A stretch of 24,242 bases of DNA. Source: Elusimicrobiota bacterium (GTDB lineage Bacteria > Elusimicrobiota > Elusimicrobia > UBA1565). A program made the position numbers and the translations under genes. The notes beneath the pieces are model-generated. The model saw only the letters and a list, made by a program, of their open reading frames with translations, made no database searches and was not told the DNA's origin. Shown here piece after piece: positions 8,318 through 17,600 of this stretch (within the stretch, counting starts at the first letter, position 1; the number at the start of each line of letters is the position of its first letter). Location: the NCBI GenBank assembly GCA_043819795.1, contig JBDREN010000172.1:1-24242 (forward strand), read 5' to 3'.

Positions 8318-8721
8318 GACGATGCCGTCGGCCCGCCCTTGCCCGACTGCCGGAAGAGGGCGCTCACCCGCGCGAGCACCTCCGCCGGGTCGAACGGCTT
8401 CGTGACGTAGTCGTCGGCGCCCAGCTTCAGGCCGTCCACGATCTCATGCACCTTCGACTGGACGGAGACCAGGATGATGGGTATCCGGCCGATGCCGAGG
8501 CCCGCCTCGGCCCGGATGGCCTTGCACACCTCGTAGCCGTTCATGCGGGGCATCTGGATGTCCAGCAGGACCATGTCCGGACCGTCCGCCCTGACCCGCT
8601 CCATACCCTCGACCCCGTCGCCCGCCACCAACACCCGGTAGCCGGCTCCGGTCAGGATATGCTTGAGGAGTCTCTGAAACTCCTCGTTGTCCTCAACGAC
8701 CAGGATGGTCTTTTCCGCCAC
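8314..8721 (-). CDS. Single-domain response regulator (receiver)
   Basis: ILVVEDN...MVLLDIQMPRMNG...ILVS...GADDYVTKPF. GTG start. Its stop overlaps the next gene's start (ATGA). Confidence 0.92.
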   Translation of the reverse strand: MAEKTILVVEDNEEFQRLLKHILTGAGYRVLVAGDGVEGMERVRADGPDMVLLDIQMPRMNGYEVCKAIRAEAGLGIGRIPIILVSVQSKVHEIVDGLKLGADDYVTKPFDPAEVLARVSALFRQSGKGGPTASS

Positions 8722-8943
8722 AATCCCCTCTCTAAACCGGCATCACGGCATCGCGCCTTTCGCGCCTTTCGCGCTCGGGTGGGCCGGACGACGCGCGCTT
8801 TCCGGACGACATCACTACGGCCCCGCATCCAGTCACAAGTTTAACAGGTTTGGTCGCAATTTTCCACCCCCTTGTCACGCCAAGGTCTGTTTTTTTCTGT
8901 CAGCGCCCTCCGACGTAGAGCAATTGCTCTATATTTTCAAAAA

Positions 8944-9015
8944 GTTCTCACATAGTCGCAATCATGTAACAAAACAGTCGCAACATAGTTATAAAAACGT
9001 AATAAGCAGTCACAT
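8944..9015 (+). promoter_or_regulatory. Array of 11-bp-periodic direct repeats (PhoB/OmpR-type half-sites)
   Basis: GTTCTCA 8944, GTCGCAA 8955, GTAACAA 8966, GTCGCAA 8977, GTTATAA 8988, GTAATAA 8999, GTCACAT 9009, all within an AT-rich intergenic region. Confidence 0.65.
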
Positions 9016-9029
9016 TTTCACGATTTTCC

Positions 9030-9668
9030 ATGCTAGATTCAGCCCTCCGCGCCGTCCTCTCCAGCCTCCCCCTCGTCGCACTATATATATACATCCGCGC
9101 GCGCATCGAGACGCCGTTCGCGCGGGACCTGGCCGCCCGCGTCGTCCAGGCCGCCCTCTTCCTCGCCCTCGCGCTCGTGCCGCTCCTGGCGTTCTCCGGC
9201 CCGGCCAAGCAGGCCCCGAAGAGCCTGACCGACCGCTCAGGCTCCTTGGGCAGCGACGCCGGGACGAGCCTCGGCCGCGACCCGGTCGACGTGCGTTCAG
9301 CCCTGGCCCGCGTAATCCTGTCGAGCGGCACCCTCCGCGACGTACGACCGGCTCCCCGGCCGCGGGGCTTCGCCTTCGACCGTGCCTCGGGCCTCTCCAA
9401 CCGCTTCCTCACGCCCAACGGCGACGGAAGCAACGACAACTCGGTGTTCACCTTCTCCAACCCGCGGGACTCGGAGGTCTCGGGCAGGATCTTCGATCTG
9501 AAGGGCGCCTTCGTCGCGGACATGCTCACCCACCCGGCCCTGAACCCGCGCTTCAACCGCTGCTGGGACGGGATGTCGAACGGGGCCGCGGTCCGGCCCG
9601 GCATCTACATCTACCGGCTCGAGGCCGAGGGCAAGGCCTTCACCGGCACGGTGGTCGTGATCCGATGA
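9030..9668 (+). CDS. Small protein with a gliding-motility-associated / T9SS type B C-terminal domain (CHU_C-like)
   Basis: Hydrophobic N-terminus. The C-terminus LTPNGDGSNDNSVF...GRIFDLKG...WDG...VRPGIYIYRLEA...FTGTVVVIR matches the type B CTD pattern. The start is uncertain because there is no RBS before ATG 9030. Confidence 0.85.
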   Translation: MLDSALRAVLSSLPLVALYIYIRARIETPFARDLAARVVQAALFLALALVPLLAFSGPAKQAPKSLTDRSGSLGSDAGTSLGRDPVDVRSALARVILSSGTLRDVRPAPRPRGFAFDRASGLSNRFLTPNGDGSNDNSVFTFSNPRDSEVSGRIFDLKGAFVADMLTHPALNPRFNRCWDGMSNGAAVRPGIYIYRLEAEGKAFTGTVVVIR

Positions 9669-11692
9669 CGACAGGCAGAGCGCTCCGCCTCCTCCCCGCG
9701 CTCCTCGCCTGCCTGCTCTGCGCCTCGCGCGCCCAAGCGGCCTTCGAGGACCTGGGCTCGGGCGCGCGGGCCACCGGCCTGGGCAACGCCTTCACGGCCC
9801 TGGCCGACGACCTCCACGCCCACCACTACAACCCGGCCGGCCTCGGCGGGATCGGCCGCTCGCAGTTCAACGCGACCTACTCCCGCCTGCACATGGGCCT
9901 CTCGGACGAGTCCGATATATCGATATCCCAGCTGGCCTACATCCGCCCCCTCAAGGAGCTGCGCTGGGGCACGCTCGGCGTGGCCTGGCACCAGCTCAGC
10001 CTCGCCGGCCTCTACTCCGAGCGCAGCGTCTACCTCTCCTACGGCAAGATGGTCTGGGACCACGAGGACAAGGGCACGCTCTTCGCGGGCGCCAGCCTCA
10101 AGAACCTGAACATCTCCTTCAACCGGCCCGACGAGGCCGGCAACGCGTTCAGCTCCGCCAACCCGATCCAGCGCAGCGGGCGGCCCGACCCGGTGCTCTC
10201 GGGGAGCACCAGCAAGTCCGTCTTCGACGCGGACCTGGGGCTGCTCTACCGCTACCAGTACCGCTACTTCGTGGGCCTCGCGATCAAGCATCTCAATGAG
10301 CCGGACCTGGCCTTCAGCTCCTCGGACAGCGCGCCGCTCAGGCGGGCGATGCGCCTGGGAGCGGCCTACAAGGCCCTGTGGATGAACCTGACCTCCGAGG
10401 TCCAGCTCGACCCCGCCCCGGGCGGCGGCCAGGACAAGACCTTCATCGCCGGCGCCGAGCGCTACTTCCCCACGCTGCGCTCTGGCCAGTTCGGCCTGCG
10501 CGGGGCCATGGCCTTCGGCAGCCGCGACTTCCGGCAGATCAGCATGGGGGTCTCCTACCGCGTAAACAAGATACAATTCGACTACAGCGTCCTCATGCCC
10601 CTGGGAACGATCAAGAGCACCATCGGCACGCACCGCCTCGGGCTGACCTTCCACTTCGGAGCGCCCACCCCGCAGGAGCAGTACACTGCCGACCTCTTCG
10701 AGAAGATCAAGACCATGGAGAAACCGGCCGCGGCCTACGCCTACGAGTTCGAGGGCCTGCCCACGCCCATCCCCGCGGTGCTCACCGACGCCAAGTACGA
10801 CGCGGCCAAGTCCGCGATCGAGGCCAACCGCTTCAAGGACGCCCTGGAGGACCTGACCCCGCACCTGCGCCAGAAGGCCGCGGGAGTGGCGCTCGTCTCC
10901 CTCGGCCACCGGCTCGAGGAGGTCGCGGAGTTCTACCCCGTGCTCGACGCGGGCGCGGGGCCGTGGGCCGAGGACCTGGCCGCGGCCATCAAGGACTTCC
11001 TCTACGGCCGCGACGCGGCCAGCGTGCTCAAGACCGCCCAAGCCTGGAGCCTCGACCCCAAGGCCCCGCGGCTCGACTCGTTCCTGACGCGCCTGGAGGC
11101 CGTGACCAAGCGCACGGCCGAGCGAGTGCCGCCCGAGGCCGGGATATCGCTTCTCGATCTCAAGCTCAACGAGTCCGAGACCCTGTTCGTGGCGCGGCAC
11201 TTCGATAAGTCCATCAAGCTCTGCGAGGACATCCTGGTCCTGAGGCCGAACCATCCCACGGCCCTGGCGAGGATCGGCTCGGCCCACTACGTCCAGAACA
11301 AGCACAACGACGCCATGGCCTTCTGGAACCGGGCCCTCCAGGTCGAGAAGGACCCGACCGAACGCGAGACGCTCAAGTACATGCTCATCCAGGCCCAGAA
11401 GAAGCTCAAGCAGGCCGCCGAGGCCGCCAAGCCGAAGCCCGCCAAGGTCGAGGCGAGGCCCAAGCCCGCGCCCAAGCCCGCGCCCAAGCGCAGCATCTTC
11501 AAGCGCCGGCCGGACCCCCAGGCCATCGAGAAGCTCTACCAGTACGGCGTCGAGCTCTACTCCCGGGGCGAGTGGCGCAGGGCGGCCGCCGCCTTCCAGA
11601 AGATCCTTGAGCTCGAGCCCGGCAACACCCAGGCCCAGCGCGCCGTGAGGCGGCTAGAGGGCGAGCTCATGCTGAGGGAGGGGCGGCCGTGA
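9665..11692 (+). CDS. PorP/SprF/PorV-like outer-membrane beta-barrel fused to C-terminal TPR repeats (675 aa)
   Basis: ATG 9665 overlaps the upstream stop (ATGA). Signal peptide ends in AQA. Motifs GSGARATGLGNAFTALADD...YNPAGL and FDADLGLLY...VGLAIKHLNEP. Barrel ends HRLGLTFHFG. TPRs follow (ALARIGSAHY...AMAFWNRALQ; LYQYGVELYSRGEWRRAAAAFQKILELEPGN). Confidence 0.85.
   Translation: MTTGRALRLLPALLACLLCASRAQAAFEDLGSGARATGLGNAFTALADDLHAHHYNPAGLGGIGRSQFNATYSRLHMGLSDESDISISQLAYIRPLKELRWGTLGVAWHQLSLAGLYSERSVYLSYGKMVWDHEDKGTLFAGASLKNLNISFNRPDEAGNAFSSANPIQRSGRPDPVLSGSTSKSVFDADLGLLYRYQYRYFVGLAIKHLNEPDLAFSSSDSAPLRRAMRLGAAYKALWMNLTSEVQLDPAPGGGQDKTFIAGAERYFPTLRSGQFGLRGAMAFGSRDFRQISMGVSYRVNKIQFDYSVLMPLGTIKSTIGTHRLGLTFHFGAPTPQEQYTADLFEKIKTMEKPAAAYAYEFEGLPTPIPAVLTDAKYDAAKSAIEANRFKDALEDLTPHLRQKAAGVALVSLGHRLEEVAEFYPVLDAGAGPWAEDLAAAIKDFLYGRDAASVLKTAQAWSLDPKAPRLDSFLTRLEAVTKRTAERVPPEAGISLLDLKLNESETLFVARHFDKSIKLCEDILVLRPNHPTALARIGSAHYVQNKHNDAMAFWNRALQVEKDPTERETLKYMLIQAQKKLKQAAEAAKPKPAKVEARPKPAPKPAPKRSIFKRRPDPQAIEKLYQYGVELYSRGEWRRAAAAFQKILELEPGNTQAQRAVRRLEGELMLREGRP
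11459..11489 (+). repeat. 12-bp tandem repeat encoding a PKPA linker
   Basis: CCCAAGCCCGCG x2.6, giving PKPAPKPAPK before the last TPR. Confidence 0.8.
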
Positions 11693-14600
11693 GGAGCCTG
11701 CGCCCCTTCATCCTCCTGGCGGCGCTGTTCGCGATGGCCGTGCCGCGCCTGCACGCGGCCTCGGCCACGAACAGCCCGACCTCCGCGTCCGGGACCAACT
11801 GGACGACTCCCGAAAACATCACGGACGGCTCCTACGACACGTGGGCGATCACTCCCCTATCCTCCCAGGATTACCTCAAGGCGACCGGATTCGCGTTCTC
11901 GATTCCTGACGGCTCCACGATCGAAGGCATCCAGGTCACCGTAGAGGCAAACGGCACCGCGGCCCAGGCGACGAAAAGACTGCACAGGCTCGGCCTGACC
12001 AAGGACGGGTCCTTGCTCGCCGGGACCGAGCTTTTGGCCCTCGCCCTCAACAAGAACACCGACACCCCCGTCCTTCACGGCGGTGCTGCCGACCTATGGG
12101 GCACCACATGGAGCCCGAGCGACATCAACAGTTCGAATTTCGGGATACTCATCCGCGACGACGATACTTCATACGATACGCTCCGGTTCGACGATGTGAT
12201 CGTGACCGTCTACTTCGCGCCGCCTCCCATCGCCTTCCCGTTCGATTCCGACTTCGAGGGGGTGCTCAGCTCATCCTGGAGCGTGGACATGACCCCCACC
12301 CCTCCCGCCGAATGCAATACGGCTATCGTCAACGGCGCCGTTTCCTGGCACATAAACGACAGCTCCGCGGTGGCCTCGACCCAGAACCTGGAGTTCAGCG
12401 ACGGCGCGGCCTCGCCCGTCTTCGGCAACGGAGCCAACCGGGTCAGCGGGAACGTCACATCGTTCAATATAGACGTCAGTGCCTCCACCGAGCCTTATCT
12501 CAGCTTCTGGTACCGCTTCGGATCCGCCGACACATACACCCCGTCTCCGGGCTGCACGTTCCCGGAAGCGCTGCGCTGCCCGGGCGACACGGTGGACCAC
12601 TTCGGCGCGTCCGTCTCCACCGCCGCGCACGGCTGCAATACCCGCTTCCTGTCGAAAGCGGGGGGGGTGGTCAATACCTATACCTTCGCCTCCTATCCGC
12701 TGAGCGCGCTGCGCGCGGAAGGCGACGCGATCACCATCCGATTCGGCTTCGACAGCTATGACGGCTCCAGCAATACGGGCTTTGGAGCGACCGTCGACAA
12801 CGTCTACGTGTTGGAGGAGAGCACGCCTCCGAGCCATATCACGAGCTTCTTCGCCTCCAGCACCACGGCCGGCGGGGAGCTGAGGCTTTCCTGGGGCTCG
12901 CCGGGCGACGACGGCATGTCGGGATCCATTACGGCTCCCGGAGGAGGCTGGCGCATCCAGCTCACCACGGACACCGCGTTCAGCTCCTGGAGCCGCAGCT
13001 CGGCCCCGCCCGAGCATGTCCACACGCTCGACATCTCCACCGACAGCATAGCCGCCGGGACTTTCGTCTCGATGACCGTGGCCGCGAACTTCAACGATTA
13101 CCACACGAGCTCTCCCATCGCGCTCCTGGGCGCCGCCACGTACTACGGCCGCATTTGGGCCGGCGACAACATCCCCAACTGGTCCACGACCACCTCCAAC
13201 GCGGCCTCGGGCCAGACCTTGCCCTTCACCCCGAGCACCGACACCTTGACCGGGGTCACCAGCGGAAGCCTGACCCTGAGCTTCAGCAACGCGGGCAACT
13301 CCACGACCGCCCAGTACCTGGTCGAGGTCTCCCTGGAATCCGGCTTCTCATCGGTCTCCTCGTCGACCTGGTTCCAGAGCACGGGGACGGTCCCCTCCTT
13401 CAGCACCGGAAGCCTCTCGGCCAACACCACGTACTATCTCCGCGTGATAGCCCGGAACACGAACCTCATGCAGTCGGCATATTCCGCGGTCGTCACCACC
13501 ATCACCTTGCCGGTGGAGCCCGGGACCGCGGACCCGGCCTTTACGTCCGTGGAGGCCAGCTCCATCACCTTCCAGTGGACCGCGAACGGGAACGGTCCCG
13601 GAACGGACTACGTGGCGGAGATATCCACAGACGACTTCTCGAGCGTCAACGTCTCCAGCGCCACAAAGAACCTCTGGGCCCTCTTCGGATGGGGCGGGGA
13701 GGGAGACCCCCTCGACCCCAACATCACGCATTACTTCCGGGTCAAGTCCGTGGGCTCGGCCGGGGCCGCGTCCGCCTACGCCGCCACCGCCTCCACGATC
13801 ACTTTGCCGGCCCTGCCCGCCTCCGCCGATACGACCGGAGTGTACGCCTCGTCGGTCACCTTCGCCTGGGCCGGCGGGGGCAACCAGGACGGGACCGACT
13901 ACGTGGCGCAGATCTCGACCGATGTCTTCGCGAGCGTTAACTTCTCGAGCGCCACTAAGAACCTCTCGGTGTTCTTCGGCGACGACGCCGCCGGCGGTCC
14001 GCTCCAGCCCAACACGACCTACGACTTCCGGGTGAAGGCGACCGGCCCGGGGGGCGAGTCGGCCTTCACCGGAGTGGTCTCCGCCATCACGGTGTCGGCC
14101 GCCCCACAGGACCCGGCCCTGACGGACGTGGAGGTCTCCTCGATCACCTTCACCTGGAGCGCGGGCAACAACCCTCCGGGGACGGACTTCTTCGCCGACA
14201 TCTCCACCGACGACTTCAGCACCGTCGAATTCACGAGCACCACCAAGAACCTCTCTGTCCTGTTCGGCGGAGCGTTCGGCGCCTGGCAGCCCCTGGTCCC
14301 GAACACCAGCTACTACTTCCGGGTGAAGGCGGACTCGCCCTACACCGGCACGGTCTCGACGATCACCTTGCCGGCCCTTCCCCTGTCCGCCACCCTGAGC
14401 GCGGTGGAGCTCTCCTCCATAACCTTCAGCTGGGCCGCCAACGGCAACCCGGACGGGACCGACTACAGAGCCGATATCTCGACCGACGACTTCGCGACCG
14501 TCAATCTCTCGAGCGTAACGAAGAACCTCTCCGAGATCTTCGGCGAGTACGGAGCGGGCGATCCCCTGGACTCCAACACGACCCACTACTTCCGCGTCAA

Positions 14601-17600
14601 GGCCGTGGGCTGCGGCGGGGCCGAGTCGGTATTCACAGCCGCCGTGTCCGCCATCACTTTACCGGCCTTGCCCCAGTCCACGGCCCTGAGCGCGATAGGG
14701 GTCTCCTCCATCACCTTGAGCTGGTCGGCCGAAAACAACCACGCCCAGACCGACTACGTAGCCGATATCTCGCGCAACAGCGACTTCTCTTCCGTCGAGT
14801 TCTCGAGCGGCACTAAGGAGCTCTCGGCCCTCTTCGGGACGGGCGGAGCGGGCGGCGACCTGACCGCAAACTCGACCTATTACCTCCGGGTCAAGGCCTC
14901 GGGCTGGGCCGGGGAGGAGTCGGCCTTCACCGCCACCCTCGCCACGAGCACCTTGGCGGCCGTGCCGGTCTCGCCGGCCTTGAGCGCCGTGGAGGTCTCC
15001 GCCATCACCTTCGGCTGGGCGGCCAACGGCAACCCCCCCGCCGGGACCGACTACGTGGCCGAGGTCTCGACCGACAGCTTCGCGACGACGAACATATCCT
15101 ACCGGACCACGAACGTCTCCGAGATCTTCGGCGCGGGCGGCGCGGGCGAGGCGCTCCGGTCGGACACCAGGCATTACTTCCGCGTGAAAGCGGTCAACCA
15201 TAACGGCCATTCCACGGCGTTCGCGGCGACGCAGGACGACGTCACCCTGCCGGCGGACCCCGGCGCCGGGGACCCTGACTTCGGCTCCATCGAGTCCAGC
15301 TCCATCACCTTCCGGTGGACCGCCAACAACAACGCGCCGGACACGGACTACCGGGCCCAGGTCTCGACCGACGCTTTCGCGACCGTCAACCTATCCAGCG
15401 TCACGAAGAACGTGTCCGTGCTCTTCGGCGAGGGCGAGGGGGGAGGCGGCGACCTGACCCCGGACACGACCTATTACTTCCAGGTCCGGACCGAGGGCCG
15501 CCTGGGCTCCAATACGGACTTCAGCCCGAGCCCGAGCACGGCCACGCTCACGCTGCCCGCGGTCCCCGGCATATCCCCGTCCACGTTCACCGCGGTGGAG
15601 CTGAGCTCCATCACCTTCCAGTGGACCGCCAACGGCAATCCTTCCTATGTGGACTACGAAGCCGAGATCTCGACCGACGGCTTCGCCACGGCGAACGTGG
15701 CGCTCAGCACGAAAGACCTGTCGGTCTCCTTCGGCGAAGGCGGGCAGGGCGAGGCTCTGGGATCCAACGCCACCCACTACTTCCGCGTCCGGGCCGTGGG
15801 CCGAAGCGGCATCGCCTCCCCGTACTCGACGGTGGAGAGCACGGTCACGCTCCCGGCCGAGCCCGGGACCGCCGATCCGGTCTTCAGCGACGTGCAGGTC
15901 AGCTCCGTCACCTTCCAGTGGGCCGCCAGCAGCAACGCGGCCCAGACGGACTACCGGGCCGAGATCTCGACCGACGGCTTCGCCACCGTCAACGTATCGA
16001 GCCTCACCAAGGCCGTGTCGCTGCTCTTCGGCGAAGGGGAGGGGGGAGGCGGGGCCCTGACGCCCAACACGACCCACTACTTCCGGGTCAGGACCGCGGG
16101 CCACGGAGGACTGCTGACGGATTTCACGGCCACCGAGTCCACGTCCACCCTGGCCGAGGCGCCCGCGAGCCTGAGCTGGTCCGACCTCGGCGAGGCCCAG
16201 GTCCGCGTCAACTGGTCGGCCAACGGCAACCCCTCGAGCATCACCCGCTACGAGGCCGAGCTCTCGACCGCTTCGGATTTCGACCCGGTCTACCAGTCCA
16301 GCGCCACCTGGGCCGTGGACGCTTTGTTCACCGGCCTCTATCCCGGGACCTCGCACTACTCGCGCGTGCGGGCCGTCAACCACGGCGGCGTGCCGAGCGC
16401 CTACGCGACCCAGTCCTCGACCAAGACTTTGCCCCGGACGGACTTTGTGGCCCCGAGCTCGGCCACCGCGGTCACGGCCCTGACGGGGTTCGTGAAAGGA
16501 TCCGTCAAGCTGAGCTGGACCGCGCCCGGCGACGACGGGGACTCCGGGGACATCGGCTACGGGGCCTACCGTATCCGCTACACGAACTCCCCGTCCGCCA
16601 CCTGGGACACGGCCGAGGGCGAGGTGGAATGGACGACCTCCACATGCGCCGGCTGCGCGGACGGATATCTGGTGCGGAACCTCGGGCCGGGGACCACCTA
16701 CTACTTCTGGATCAAGGTGCGCGACGAGCTTCCGGACAACTGGTCGGAGCTCTCGGACAAGACCACGGCCTGGGCCGGGCTGTACCTCGACGTCATCGTG
16801 CACGAGGACGCGGACACATTCGCCAAGGAGGCCACGGCCTTCTCCAACTCCCGGGACGTCGTGCGCGGCTCGGACGGCAGGCTCTGGATCTCCTACCACG
16901 TCTACAGCACCAAGTACGAGATCTGGATCGCCTCGTCCTCCGACAACGGCGAAACCTGGAGAAAGCACCAGCTGGTCGCGGGCGCCAACGACCACAAGTT
17001 CCCCACCTTGGCCGTTGACGGCGACGACAACCTGCACCTGGTCTGGACCGAGACCTCCACCCCGGACAAGGTCTGGTACAAGAAATACGAGGCGGCCTCC
17101 GGCGCCTGGCAGAGCCCCACGCTCCTCTACAACGGCGACGCCGAGACCCCGTCCGAGGACGTGGACTTCGTCGACAACGTCTACGTGTGCTGGGACGACT
17201 CCGGGCGCTACGTCCAGTACCGCGAGTTCAACCTGGACGAGGGGGTATGGAGCGCTACGGTCACGGTCTTCGACGCCGGGGCCAACGACCGCATCCGGTT
17301 CCCGGCCATCGACGTGGACAAGAACCTGCGCATCCACCTCTTCTGGACCGGCAAGGACGCCTCCAACAACTACCACCTCTACTACAGCCAGTACGACGGC
17401 TCCTTCCTCCCGTTCGAGACGATCAGCACGTCCACCTGGCTGCAGGAGCTGCCGGCTCTGGTACTGGACTCGAGCGAGACCCACCACGTGATCTTCTACG
17501 AGCAGACCGGGGCCACCGCCTACCAGATCTCCTACACCAGCGGGTCGCACGGCAACTGGGCCACGCCCTCGGCCATCGCCTCGGTCTCGGGCGCCAACCT

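Noticed and set aside
8751..8774. TCGCGCCTT x2.7 short tandem repeat upstream of the first regulator
   Set aside because: Too short and GC-rich to support a function.
8944..9015. Possible CRISPR or iteron array
   Set aside because: The units are degenerate 6-7-mers at 11-bp pitch with no spacers, and no cas or rep gene is nearby.
8687..9664. N-terminal 326 codons of the 1001-aa track ORF 8687..11692
   Set aside because: It crosses an AT-rich regulatory region and overlaps the real 9030..9668 gene in another frame. The signal peptide and ATGA coupling place the true start at 9665.
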